From Elusimicrobiota bacterium (GTDB lineage: Bacteria; Elusimicrobiota; Elusimicrobia; Elusimicrobiales; UBA9959): a stretch of DNA of 64,000 nt. The notes beneath the pieces were generated by a model. The model searched no databases, was not told where the DNA came from, and saw nothing but the letters and a program-made list of their open reading frames with translations. Position 1 is the stretch's first letter. Each line of letters opens with the position of its first letter. Of this stretch, positions 25,745-35,283 are shown piece by piece. The stretch is taken from positions 31,881 to 95,880 of the forward strand of contig JBAXKK010000002.1 in assembly GCA_037137395.1 (NCBI GenBank). The letters are read 5' to 3'. The position numbers were made by a program, and so were the translations under genes.

Positions 25745-27945
25745 AACAGCCAAAAACCACCAGTCTGATTAAGCAGATAGCGCTGAGGATAATATTCCTC
25801 CCACTTATCTTCGCTTTTCTTTTTCTGGTGACAGGCACCATAATCGTTAAGACCATGTTCACGCCCCGTGACCTTGAGGCGGTCGTCACGGACCAGCTCC
25901 AGGGGCTATTTAAAAGACCGGTCCAGATAGACTCCGCCAGAATCTCGCTTACAGGTGAGATAAAGATCAAGGGGCTGAGGGTGATCGAGCCCGGACCGGA
26001 AGCTTTAAATTTTGTGACCGCCGACTATATTTTTGCCACCTATCGCCTGACCCCGCTTTTAAACCGCAGGATAGTAATAAACAGCATAATTCTGGTCTCA
26101 CCTAAAATCGAGCTCATAAAAAAATCTTCCGGCAGCTGGAATTTTTCTGATATCCTGGAGGCTTATAGCCATCCTTCCGTTAAAAAAAACCGCCTGAATA
26201 AGATAGCCTCGGCCGAGATCCGGGAAGGAGTTATAAACCTTCGCTACCCAGGGGAAAAAACCGCTTACTCGTTCGAGAACGTGAGCCTGACCCTTAAAGA
26301 TTTTAAACCCGCCGCGGATACGCCCTTCTACCTGTCTGTTTTTTTTAAGCGGAAGGCGCTGGGCAGAGACCTGGCAGGGCGCATCTATGCCGAGGGGGTA
26401 GTAAACTTCAGCGATTTCAATATGGCGATGGCCGAAGCGAAGGATTTGGCGATAACTTTCTCGGTGTTGAACAAATCTTTCAAAGCCGAGGGTTCAATAA
26501 AGAATTTCAGAAGGCCCGCCATAGAACTGGTAACCCGCGCCGAGAAACTCAACAGCTCTGACCTGTCTCCTTTTTTTAAAGGCCTGTACGATTTCGCTTT
26601 GCCACCAACTAAGTGGCAGTTGAAGGCGCAGATGGCTGAAGACAAGACACTTAACATGTCCGTAAAAGTGGACCCGCTGGATCTCCGGGCCGACGGCTTT
26701 ATTAAATTTACCAGCAGCCGCACGGCCTACGCCTTCACGATTTTCACCCCGCCTTTCAATCTGGCGGAACTAAAAAGGACAGCCCCCGATCTTCCGCTTA
26801 GCGAAGCCTCCGGAATCGCCCAGGTCAGACTGAGCGTCAACAACAAGTCCGGAAAGTTCGCCATATCAAAAGTGGTCCTGACCTCCAATAAGGCCAATTT
26901 CCTTTACAAAAATCTGCACTTTGACAGCCTGAACCTCTCAGCCCTTTTTTCCGAGGGCTTTAAAAACAATTACCTCAACATTCAGGATGGAAAAATGGTG
27001 ATGGACGGCTTCAGTCTCAAGGGGCTGAAAGTGACCACCCAACTGTCCCGCGAAAAATTTACCGGCGATTATTCGGCCCTCTGGGGCGACGACCCGATGA
27101 AAGGCCGTATCGTTATAGTTAACCCGCTGACCGACAAGAAAACCGCGGAGTTCACCGGTTATTCCCGACGCCTGGACCTTAAGGAAGGGCGCAACTTTCT
27201 ACTGGAGCTGAAAAAAGTGAGGACCCCGGATAAGACCCGACGGAGCTACAAGGCAAACCTGGCCTGGGTCAGGACCGTTAAGAATTCAATCCCCACCGGG
27301 TTCGCGGATTTTCGCCTGCTTTATAAGGCCGACTTTTTAAAGCACGAGTATATAGACGCACGCAATTTCTATCTGGCCGCCAATCTTAGAAATATAGCCG
27401 GACAGATAGAAAAGCTCAAGGGTGACGTTTCCATCCGGTCCGGCGGCGGGACATTCTACGACGTGCAAAAAATGTCCGAGCAGGACCGCATATACTATAT
27501 TTTTTCCCTGCCAATACTTACAATGTACCGCCTCAACAGGATGGGGGCTCTCAAGTTCGGCTACAAACTCAACGATGTTAATTTTAATTCTATAGGCGGT
27601 GACTACACGCTGGACTCCGGGAAGATTAATATCCGCAATTTCTACATGGCCGGAAAAGAGTTTTCCATCTATACCACCGGCACTCTGGACCTCGCGAACG
27701 AGAATATTAAGTTAAAAGTTTATACAATATCAGATAAGTACTATTCCATGGGAAGCCTGCCGGAGACCCTTACAGACGCCAGCGGGAAACCGGCTCTCGC
27801 CTTCACAATAGAAGGCATGATGAATAAGCCTACCATAACGATGATGAACCCTAGAGAAGCGGGCAGCATCATAGAGGAAGCGATAAAGAAAGGCGTCGAG
27901 ATGGATCTGGCGAAGATAAATAATTTTGCGGCGGGAGGCAAGTAA
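25741..27945 (+). CDS. large membrane-anchored AsmA-like protein
   Basis: 734 aa. N-terminal TM helix and long beta-rich periplasmic region. ATGA overlap with the upstream gene. Confidence 0.5.
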   Translation: MKQPKTTSLIKQIALRIIFLPLIFAFLFLVTGTIIVKTMFTPRDLEAVVTDQLQGLFKRPVQIDSARISLTGEIKIKGLRVIEPGPEALNFVTADYIFATYRLTPLLNRRIVINSIILVSPKIELIKKSSGSWNFSDILEAYSHPSVKKNRLNKIASAEIREGVINLRYPGEKTAYSFENVSLTLKDFKPAADTPFYLSVFFKRKALGRDLAGRIYAEGVVNFSDFNMAMAEAKDLAITFSVLNKSFKAEGSIKNFRRPAIELVTRAEKLNSSDLSPFFKGLYDFALPPTKWQLKAQMAEDKTLNMSVKVDPLDLRADGFIKFTSSRTAYAFTIFTPPFNLAELKRTAPDLPLSEASGIAQVRLSVNNKSGKFAISKVVLTSNKANFLYKNLHFDSLNLSALFSEGFKNNYLNIQDGKMVMDGFSLKGLKVTTQLSREKFTGDYSALWGDDPMKGRIVIVNPLTDKKTAEFTGYSRRLDLKEGRNFLLELKKVRTPDKTRRSYKANLAWVRTVKNSIPTGFADFRLLYKADFLKHEYIDARNFYLAANLRNIAGQIEKLKGDVSIRSGGGTFYDVQKMSEQDRIYYIFSLPILTMYRLNRMGALKFGYKLNDVNFNSIGGDYTLDSGKINIRNFYMAGKEFSIYTTGTLDLANENIKLKVYTISDKYYSMGSLPETLTDASGKPALAFTIEGMMNKPTITMMNPREAGSIIEEAIKKGVEMDLAKINNFAAGGK

Positions 27946-27946
27946 T

Positions 27947-28543
27947 ATGTCTAAACTTGGAAAATTCGACGTGGTCGGGCTCCTTCAGGAGCACGGCGCC
28001 ATTTTAAACGGACATTTCCAGCTTCCCTCCGGGTTCCATACCCAGACATACATACAGACTTCGCTGGTTATGCAGTACCCCAACCTCGCTCATAAGGTAG
28101 CCAAGGAGATGGCTTCTAAATTTGCCCAGGAGATAAATGTAGTGATCTCCCCCTCCGTGGGGTCCATGGTTATAGGTCAGGAAGTGGCCCGCGTAAAAAA
28201 AGCCCGCTCAATTTTCACCGAGCGCATAAACGGAGTGATGGTCCTAAAAAGGGATTTTAAAATAGCGGAAGGCGAGCGCGTCCTAGTGGTGGACGATGTA
28301 CTCAACACGGGACGCCTGTGCTCCGAAGCCATAAATCTGGCCAGGGGTTACGGAGCCAAGGTAGTAGGCGTAGTTGCTATTGTTGACCGCTCCACCGCCG
28401 ACCTAACCCTTAATGTGCCCGTCAGGGGTCTTATCTCATATCCGCTTCAGCTTTTCACTCCCGACAACTGTCCGCTATGCAGGCAGAAAATGCCGCTGAC
28501 CGTGCCGGGATCCACGATTCATCACGCTCACAATCAGGAGTAG
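27947..28543 (+). CDS. orotate phosphoribosyltransferase-like (type I PRTase)
   Basis: Start at MSKLGK. PRPP-binding loop VLVVDDVLNTGRL. Confidence 0.75.
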   Translation: MSKLGKFDVVGLLQEHGAILNGHFQLPSGFHTQTYIQTSLVMQYPNLAHKVAKEMASKFAQEINVVISPSVGSMVIGQEVARVKKARSIFTERINGVMVLKRDFKIAEGERVLVVDDVLNTGRLCSEAINLARGYGAKVVGVVAIVDRSTADLTLNVPVRGLISYPLQLFTPDNCPLCRQKMPLTVPGSTIHHAHNQE

Positions 28544-28624
28544 GAAAAGCACAGAATTAGGACCAGAAGGCGGGAGAATTAACCATTTAGGGAAACTCCT
28601 TCCGGTTTCCTAATCCTCCGACTT

Positions 28625-29406
28625 ATGAAAACCAGATTTATCGCGTTGCTTTCGGATTTCGGCACCAACGGCCCTTATGTCGGGGCGATGAAAGGAGTTA
28701 TTCTCTCAAAAGCTCCGTCGTTGAAGATCATAGATATCACGCATCAGATACCACCGCAGGACATACACACGGCCGCTTTTTATCTTATGGCGTCAATGCC
28801 TTATATGCCTAAAGGCACGCTTTTTATAACGGTAGTGGACCCGACGGTCGGCACCGGGCGGGGCATACTATGGGCCAAGACGAAGAATTATCAGTTCATA
28901 GCCCCCGACAACGGCATTTTAAGCTGGGTGGAGGAGCATGAAAAAATAGAGGAAACCCGCTTTATAAATAACTCGAACCTCTTCATGCCGCATATCAGTT
29001 CAACCTTCCACGGACGGGACATCATGGCCCCCGTGGCGGCAGCCATAGCCAGAGGTCTTCCGGAAAAAAAGATAGGGCCTATATTGGAAGATTACAGAAA
29101 ATTTCCTTTTCAGCGCCCTGAAAAGACCGGGAACCGCGTCATGGGCCACATAATAGCATTGGACCATTTTGGCAACGCAATAACCAATATAACGCAGCAG
29201 TATGTAAACGCCGGTCTATTTTCACGGTATCGGACAGGATTATCACAGGGCTCAAACTCACTTACGCGTCCGTGACAGAAGGCGAACCACTGGCTTTGAT
29301 CGGCTCGTTCGGCTTCCTGGAATTTTCCATCAGGAACGGGAATTTCGCCCAGACTTTCGGCGTAAAACCAGGCAGCGAAGTAGAAGTTATAACCTCACTG
29401 GAATAA
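28625..29406 (+). pseudogene. SAM hydrolase / SAM-dependent halogenase family (DUF62), frameshifted in a T4 run
   Basis: N-terminal 199 aa are typical (LLSDFG..GPYVGAMKGV, VVDPTVGT, STFHGRD). The conserved C-terminus (TYASVTEGEPLALIGSFGFLEFSIRNGNFAQTFGVKPGSEVEV) is read in another frame from 29221 to 29406. Confidence 0.75.
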
Positions 29407-29427
29407 CTAAAAAAGGACACATAATAT

Positions 29428-30618
29428 ATGCAAAAATCCACTCTCAAGACTCTTAAACTCAAGTTCTCCGGCGAACGGCGTCTCAAGCAGGGACACCCCT
29501 GGATATTTTCCAACGAACTTGAGAAGATAGACAATACTATTACGCCCGGCGAGATCTGCAGCGTAATGCTTAATTCGGGCGCGCCCGCCGGCATCGGTTT
29601 TTTCAATCCCCACAGCCTGATCGCGGTCCGGCTTCTTAAAACCGGGTCACTGGAACTGGAGCAGGATTTTGTCCTAAGCCGGCTCAAAAAAGCGATGGAG
29701 TACCGCAAATCTATCGGGGTTATAGAGAACGGGCGGATGTTTTTCGGGGAATCGGACGGCCTGCCGGGCCTAGTGGTCGATAAATACGCGGATATCCTGG
29801 TGGTGGAGATAATCTCCGCCGGCACCGAACTGCTGAAGGACGAAATAACAAAACACCTGCGCTCGCTTTACAAACCCCGCGGCATCTTTTACCGCAACAC
29901 GCACGAGTTCCGAAATCTCGAGGGACTTAAGCTTTACACGGAAACAGCTTACGGAGATGTCCCGGCGTCCGTCCAGATAACGGAAGACGGACTTAAATAC
30001 GATGTCCCCCTCACCTCGGGTCAGAAGACGGGCTGGTATTTCGATCAGGCGGAGAACCGGACTTTCCTGAAGCCGTATTTCAAGGGGCGAAAGGTCCTGG
30101 ACCTCTACACGTATCTGGGAGCTTTCGCGCTGACGGCCGCGGCCGCCGGAGCCGAAATGGTCTGGGGCGTGGACTCATCTTCCGCCGCGGCGCAAGCCGC
30201 CGAACGCAACGCGAATCTTAACAACCTGCAAAAAAAAGTCATATTTAAAAAAGAAGATGCAGAGCGGGTATTAAGCGGACTTGCGACCGGAGAGATGCCG
30301 GAGCAGCCTGACTTTATACTTTTGGATCCGCCGAATTTCGTCAGAAGCAAGAAGAATCTGGTCCAAGCGGCGAAGCTGCTGGTGCGCCTGAACACCAGCG
30401 CCATGGCCGGCTTACCCGCCGGAGGACTGCTGGCATTCTCTTCCTGCTCCCACCACATTTCCCGGAGCATCTTTCTGGAGATCCTCAGTGAGGCCGCCGC
30501 GAAAGCCGGACGCATGGCCGTCCTGATGGAGCTGCGGGCCCAGGCCAAAGATCATCCGATACTGCTGAATATGCCGGAAACGGAATATCTGCACTTCGCT
30601 CTGGTAAAAGTCCTGTAA
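29428..30618 (+). CDS. rlmI: class I SAM-dependent rRNA (cytosine-C5) methyltransferase, RlmI-like (PUA plus MTase)
   Basis: 396 aa. N-terminal PUA-like region (GHPWIFSNEL), GQKTGWYFDQ, and LDPP motif IV. Confidence 0.75.
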   Translation: MQKSTLKTLKLKFSGERRLKQGHPWIFSNELEKIDNTITPGEICSVMLNSGAPAGIGFFNPHSLIAVRLLKTGSLELEQDFVLSRLKKAMEYRKSIGVIENGRMFFGESDGLPGLVVDKYADILVVEIISAGTELLKDEITKHLRSLYKPRGIFYRNTHEFRNLEGLKLYTETAYGDVPASVQITEDGLKYDVPLTSGQKTGWYFDQAENRTFLKPYFKGRKVLDLYTYLGAFALTAAAAGAEMVWGVDSSSAAAQAAERNANLNNLQKKVIFKKEDAERVLSGLATGEMPEQPDFILLDPPNFVRSKKNLVQAAKLLVRLNTSAMAGLPAGGLLAFSSCSHHISRSIFLEILSEAAAKAGRMAVLMELRAQAKDHPILLNMPETEYLHFALVKVL

Positions 30619-30633
30619 ATAAAAATCGGCAAT

Positions 30634-30668
30634 AAAAAAACGGCGGGGAATATTCCCGCCGTTTTTTA
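30634..30668. terminator. bidirectional rho-independent terminator
   Basis: aaaaaaa cggcggg gaatatt cccgccg tttttt, between convergent rlmI and the response regulator. Confidence 0.75.
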
Positions 30669-30689
30669 TTTGACCCCTTCAAGATCCGA

Positions 30690-31061
30690 TCAATATAAGA
30701 TATTTTTCACAACTTTAAGGATTTCTTCCTTACTGGAGGGCTTGGTGATATAAGTGCTGGCACCGTATCCTATCGCCTGCCGGATTTCGGCGATGCTCCC
30801 TTCCACCGTTAGCATGACCACAGGAATAGGTTTTGTGACCGGGTTGGACTTTATAGCCTTACAGGCCTTCAGCCCGTCCATCTTAGGCATGTGTATATCC
30901 AGCATTATAAGAGACGGCAACTCTTTGGCCGCCATTTCAACAGCCTCTTCCCCGTCCTCCGCCCTTATGACCTTATAGCCGGAGTCTTCCAACAAAGACG
31001 CGAGACTTTCGCGCATCTCACTATCATCATCCGCTATAAGGATCTTGTTCACGATGGGCAT
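30690..31061 (-). CDS. single-domain response regulator (CheY-like receiver)
   Basis: 123 aa. ILIADDDSEMRE, LIMLDIHMPKMDG, VVMLT and TKP motifs. Confidence 0.88.
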   Translation of the reverse strand: MPIVNKILIADDDSEMRESLASLLEDSGYKVIRAEDGEEAVEMAAKELPSLIMLDIHMPKMDGLKACKAIKSNPVTKPIPVVMLTVEGSIAEIRQAIGYGASTYITKPSSKEEILKVVKNILY

Positions 31062-31131
31062 TTATCTCCGAATCCGGCTCCCGCGCTTTTCATCAGGTGG
31101 TATTCTGGTGAGGCTTTCAGGCGTATAAAAA

Positions 31132-31203
31132 TGCCGCGAGTTGGGATCGAACCAACGACACCTGGTTTTTCAGACCAGTGCTCTACCACTGAGCTACCGC
31201 GGC
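31132..31203 (-). tRNA. tRNA-Phe (anticodon GAA), CCA not encoded
   Basis: Reverse complement GCCGCGG TA GCTC AGTGGTA GAGC A CTGGT CTGAAAA ACCAG GTGTC GTTGG TTCGATC CCAAC TCGCGGC A folds as a canonical cloverleaf. Confidence 0.92.
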
Positions 31204-31279
31204 ACCTGTGGTAATTCTACATTGATAATATTAGCATTTTTAGCAAAAGAGATTAAGGGTTCCGGACAAAAATCTTGTT

Positions 31280-31891
31280 TCAGTCTTTGCGCATGGAGTA
31301 AAACTTCTCTTGAGAATGGGCTACAGGCATCTCGCTGACAACCCTAAAACCCCAATGCTCATATTTCTGGACATTTTCCGCGCTCTGGGTGATCAGGGTG
31401 CAGGGAAGCCCTTCTTTTTCAGCTCTAGCCAGCATGGGCCTGATAAGCAGCGAGGAGAACTTCTTGTCCCTGAACTGAGGGCGCACGGCCACCAAGTGCA
31501 GATACCACTGAGGTTTTTGGCCGAGACGCGCCGTCAACGCGGAAATTACATCGTTAACTGCCTGCATCTTTTCCATAGTCCCTGGATCCGCGAAATCTTG
31601 CGCTCTGAAGGGGTCAGAATCAGTATCCTCCGAGTGGCCCATGCCGGGAGGGAACCAAATGCTCACCGCTTCCAGACTCGGGGATACCCCCTGTCTTACA
31701 GCCTTGGGAGAACAGGAGGTCACGAGTGAACGAAAAAATCGCTTCTTCAGGATGAGATGATCGGGTTCGTCCTGGAACATAAAATTCCCGATAGGGTCAT
31801 TGGCGCCGATAAACGCGTCGACGGTTGCGTCGGCCGCCTCATTAATCCTGCTCAATGGTACTTCGTATAGATTTGTATTAAACATAAGCAA
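31280..31891 (-). CDS. GNAT family N-acetyltransferase
   Basis: 203 aa. Acetyl-CoA binding-like segment (VAVRPQFRDKKFSSLLIRPMLARAEKEG). Confidence 0.6.
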   Translation of the reverse strand: MLMFNTNLYEVPLSRINEAADATVDAFIGANDPIGNFMFQDEPDHLILKKRFFRSLVTSCSPKAVRQGVSPSLEAVSIWFPPGMGHSEDTDSDPFRAQDFADPGTMEKMQAVNDVISALTARLGQKPQWYLHLVAVRPQFRDKKFSSLLIRPMLARAEKEGLPCTLITQSAENVQKYEHWGFRVVSEMPVAHSQEKFYSMRKD

Positions 31892-32268
31892 TTATTGTGA
31901 GAAATTAGCGCAAGCAACGATTACACACCCCTCTCACATGAACCTCCTGACGCTAAAAAGTAGAAAGCAATTTCTTATTCCTATTGTACAAAAGTCGCAA
32001 CATTTTATGGAATTTTACGGGATTCCCGCTGGCCGGGCAGATGAGGCTGAGGGAAATTGACCGTTTCAGCCTTAAACCGGGAATGCTGCTGCGGTGCGGG
32101 AAGGCGTCTTTGTTTTGTGGTAGAATGTTTTCATGACTTTACTCCTGAAACATGCCGGGGCAGCCGCCGCCTCCAGAACACTTCCGCCGAAAGCGGTTTA
32201 CATTCCGGAAGTACAATTCATGATTACGCACTGTTTACCATTTATTACCTACTTTACCCCATACACAT

Positions 32269-33024
32269 ATGATAATCGATAAGAAACTTCTGGAAGCCAC
32301 ATACGACAGGTTCAACCATAAGGAATTCATACATCCTGACCCTCTTGAATTTGTTTACCGCTATAAGGCGCTCGGAGACCGGGAGGTGGCCGGCTTCATA
32401 GCCGCCGCGCTAGCCTATGGCAATGTGACGCAGATATTGAAAAGCGTGGAGAAGGTTTTGGCGCCCATGAAATCTTCGCCCAGCCGCTGGCTGATGAAAA
32501 CCTCACCGCGTGAAATAACCCGAATATTCGCTCCGTTCAAACATCGTTTCACCACTGGTCGGGAACTGACGGCTTTCCTTATTAATATAAAAACCGCTCT
32601 GGAGAAGCACCGCTCGCTTGAAATCTGCTTTTTAAAACATTACAGGCCGGCCGAAGAAACCCTTGCCGGGGCAATTTACGCCTTCGTGAACGATTTTAAT
32701 TCTAAAGCCTGCGCTCCAACTTTAACGCCCTGCCCGGAGAAAAAAAGCTCATTTAAACGCCTTAATCTTTTCCTGCGCTGGATGGTCAGGAGCGACGAGG
32801 TGGATCCTGGAGTCTGGAAACAAGTGTCCCCAGCAAAGCTGATAATCCCGCTGGATACGCATATGTTCCAAGTAGCGAAAACGATGGAGCTGACCGCAAG
32901 GAAGGACGCCTCCATGAAAACGGCTCTTGAGATTACCGCCGCTTTCAGAAAAGTCAGCCCTTTGGACCCGGTCCGCTATGACTTTTCCCTTACCCGCGCG
33001 GGGATAAGGCGTAACAATATTTAA
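32269..33024 (+). CDS. TIGR02757/DUF2400-like protein
   Basis: 251 aa. Pattern DPLEFVYRY...DREVAGFIAAALAYGNV and C-terminal PLDTHM resembles this family. Recalled from memory, not searched. Confidence 0.45.
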   Translation: MIIDKKLLEATYDRFNHKEFIHPDPLEFVYRYKALGDREVAGFIAAALAYGNVTQILKSVEKVLAPMKSSPSRWLMKTSPREITRIFAPFKHRFTTGRELTAFLINIKTALEKHRSLEICFLKHYRPAEETLAGAIYAFVNDFNSKACAPTLTPCPEKKSSFKRLNLFLRWMVRSDEVDPGVWKQVSPAKLIIPLDTHMFQVAKTMELTARKDASMKTALEITAAFRKVSPLDPVRYDFSLTRAGIRRNNI

Positions 33025-33069
33025 GCTCTGTATATTTGTTAGAATACTCACAGTGATTGGGAGGAAATA

Positions 33070-33642
33070 ATGAAACTAAAAGGCACGCAGACTGAAAAAA
33101 ACCTGCTCACGGCTTTCGCCGGAGAGTCGCAGGCTAGAAACCGTTATACCTACTTCGCGGGCATCGCGAAAAAGGAAGGTTACATACAGATATTTAAAAT
33201 ATTTGAAGAAACAGCTGAGCAGGAAAAAGAGCACGCCAAAAGATTCTTCAAGTTCCTGGAAGGCGGAGAGGTCATGGTGGAAGCCGCTTTCCCCGCCGGC
33301 GTCCTAGGCACGACCAAAGACAATCTTAAAGCCTCAGCCGACGGCGAGGCTTTTGAGTGGGGCAACCTTTACCCGAACTTCGCCAAAAAAGCGAGGGAGG
33401 AGGGTTTTGAGGCCGTCGCCAAAGTATTTGAAGATATCTCGGTAGCGGAAAAGCAGCACGAAAAAAGGTACCGCGGCCTGCACAAGAATCTTTTGGACGG
33501 TAAAGTCTTCAAGAAGGACCATAAAACAGTCTGGCGCTGCATCAACTGCGGTTACACACATGAGGGAGAGCACGCCCCGGAAAACTGTCCGGCCTGCGCA
33601 CACCCCAAAGCTTATTTTGAAGTACTCGCGGAGAACTGGTAG
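33070..33642 (+). CDS. rbr: rubrerythrin
   Basis: 190 aa. Ferritin-like diiron ExxH motifs plus C-terminal rubredoxin-like CINCG...CPAC. Confidence 0.92.
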   Translation: MKLKGTQTEKNLLTAFAGESQARNRYTYFAGIAKKEGYIQIFKIFEETAEQEKEHAKRFFKFLEGGEVMVEAAFPAGVLGTTKDNLKASADGEAFEWGNLYPNFAKKAREEGFEAVAKVFEDISVAEKQHEKRYRGLHKNLLDGKVFKKDHKTVWRCINCGYTHEGEHAPENCPACAHPKAYFEVLAENW

Positions 33643-33650
33643 GAAAAACC

Positions 33651-33732
33651 GCCATAGGCCTTAAGCCATACGCCATAAGCAGAGCGGCTGCCAAGGTATA
33701 ATATGGCCTAAAGCATACGGCATATGGCAATA
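33651..33732. repeat. heptamer array GCCNTAN with inverted arm
   Basis: gccatag gccttaa gccatac gccataa gcagagc at 33651-33685. Inverted arm (rc: gccatat gccgtat gctttag gccatat) at 33695-33732. Confidence 0.85.
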
Positions 33733-33762
33733 ATTCACCTCTGTAATATTTAGGAGACATTT

Positions 33763-34320
33763 ATGGACGAAAACATCAACGAATTAAACGCGGAAGAAAA
33801 AAGTGAAACTGTAAAGCGCACCGTGACCATGCAGGGCAGGCCCATGACACTTGCGGGAGATGAAATTAAAGTCGGAATGCCGGCCCCGGATTTCAAGGCA
33901 ACCAACAACGATATGCTGCCGATGAAATTTTCCAGAACCTACAGCGGTAAGATATCAATCATCTCCGCGGTCCCCTCGCTGGACACCCCAGTCTGTGACC
34001 TGGAAACCCGCCGTTTCAACAAAGAGGCCGAACTCCTGGGCCCGGAAGTGAACGTGCTGACCATAAGCATGGACCTGCCATTCGCCCAGAAGCGCTGGTG
34101 CGGAGCCGCCGCCGTAAAAGCCGTACATACTTATTCAGACTACCAGAAAGCGGATTTCGGCAAGTCCTACGGAGTGCTTATAAAAGACCTGCGACTCCTG
34201 GCACGCGCGATCTTCATAGTGGACAAGGACGGTATAGTGAAATACGTGCAGATAGTGCCGGAAGTTTCCAAAGAGCCTGATTATGAGTCTGTTCTAACCG
34301 CGCTGAAAGCTTTAGTATAG
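33763..34320 (+). CDS. tpx: thiol peroxidase (Tpx-type peroxiredoxin)
   Basis: 185 aa. AVPSLDTPVCDLETRRFN peroxidatic Cys motif. AGGAGA RBS. About 20-aa N-terminal extension. Confidence 0.85.
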   Translation: MDENINELNAEEKSETVKRTVTMQGRPMTLAGDEIKVGMPAPDFKATNNDMLPMKFSRTYSGKISIISAVPSLDTPVCDLETRRFNKEAELLGPEVNVLTISMDLPFAQKRWCGAAAVKAVHTYSDYQKADFGKSYGVLIKDLRLLARAIFIVDKDGIVKYVQIVPEVSKEPDYESVLTALKALV

Positions 34321-34339
34321 AGCCTCGCCTATAACAAGT

Positions 34340-34445
34340 GTTAATGGCGAGTGAAAGCCGCAGTAATTAATGGATAATGGCTGGGCACGGAAGTATCCGG
34401 AACTGCCGCGCTGTCTTACTGCCGTACTGTCACACTGACGACTAA
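34340..34445. repeat. degenerate word repeats (aatggcgagtg; actgNNN words), includes a 16-mer related to the mocA insert
   Basis: tcttactgccgtactg at 34414-34429 is 14/16 identical to the tandem unit at 48893-48924. Less regular than the other arrays. Confidence 0.55.
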
Positions 34446-34468
34446 GCTGTATCAAGGAGAATATAAAT

Positions 34469-34849
34469 ATGGCTGAGATGAAAGAGATCTACAAATGCGA
34501 CGCCTGCGGCAACATAGTCGAAGTCCTGCATGGGGGTCCGGGCGGCCTGGTCTGCTGCGGAGCGGACATGAGGCTGTTTTTTGAAAACACGACCGACGCT
34601 TCAAAAGAAAAACATGTGCCCGTCATAGAAAAAACAGCGACAAGCTACAAAGTTAAAGTGGGCAGCGTCCCCCATCCAATGGATGATAAGCATTACATAG
34701 AGTGGATAGAGCTGGTGGCCGACGGTAAATCGTTCAGGGAGTTCCTGAAACCCGGCGCCGAGCCCCAAGCCGTGTTCTGCCTGTGCTTTGAGCCTAAAGA
34801 GCTATATGCACGGGAATACTGCAACCTGCACGGGCTATGGAAAGCATAA
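34469..34849 (+). CDS. dfx: desulfoferrodoxin (2Fe superoxide reductase)
   Basis: 126 aa. N-terminal desulforedoxin CDACGN...CCG, then the SOR domain (KHVPVIE, HPM...HYIEW, C...H). Confidence 0.9.
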   Translation: MAEMKEIYKCDACGNIVEVLHGGPGGLVCCGADMRLFFENTTDASKEKHVPVIEKTATSYKVKVGSVPHPMDDKHYIEWIELVADGKSFREFLKPGAEPQAVFCLCFEPKELYAREYCNLHGLWKA

Positions 34850-34886
34850 ACGCGGTGGATACGCGAGAGAGTTTAAGGAGATTATT

Positions 34887-35048
34887 ATGAAAAAATATGT
34901 ATGCAAACTTTGCGGCTACATCTACGACCCGCAACTTGGAGATCCGGACAATAATGTCCCCCCCGGCACTCCTTTTGAAAAAGTACCGGCCACCTGGGTC
35001 TGCCCCCTCTGCGGGGCCGGCAAGGATGAGTTTGAACCGGAAAACTGA
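34887..35048 (+). CDS. rub: rubredoxin
   Basis: Start at [15 protein letters not shown]. Second pair [11 protein letters not shown]. 53 aa. Confidence 0.9.
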   Translation: MKKYVCKLCGYIYDPQLGDPDNNVPPGTPFEKVPATWVCPLCGAGKDEFEPEN

Positions 35049-35120
35049 TGGCTGAGGCCGGAGCGCCCGGATCAAAAAGATTGCCGCCAGCCGGGATGAG
35101 AAATACAGGGTGATCCCTGG

Positions 35121-35156
35121 AAACCCCCTTTTTTAAGAAAAGGGGGTTTTTATTTT
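35121..35156 (+). terminator. rho-independent terminator
   Basis: aaaccccctttt ttaag aaaagggggttt followed by a T-rich tract. Confidence 0.7.
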
Positions 35157-35283
35157 GACCTAATTTTTAATAAACATTTGGAATAATAGTAAATATATCA
35201 GTTTTTATATTATACATTTTGTTTTTTAAATTAGTTTTTGCTATATTTATACTAATATCAATTTGCATCAAAGGAGCAAATCC

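Noticed and set aside
29262-29825. 187-aa minus-strand ORF spanning the DUF62 3' end and the rlmI 5' end.
   Set aside because: It is antisense to two genes with strong family signatures, and it probably scores as an ORF only because the DUF62 frameshift leaves an apparent gap.
31800-32272. ORFs 31800..32060 (86 aa) and 32057..32272 (71 aa) in the GNAT/TIGR02757 divergent gap.
   Set aside because: They have no RBS, an odd composition and no motifs. The region is better explained as promoter or leader with RNA-like secondary structure (see finding at 32023).
35157-35283. Sigma-54 promoter upstream of glnA.
   Set aside because: TTGCA-like words are present, but no GG lies 10 nt upstream of a GC in the correct -24/-12 spacing.
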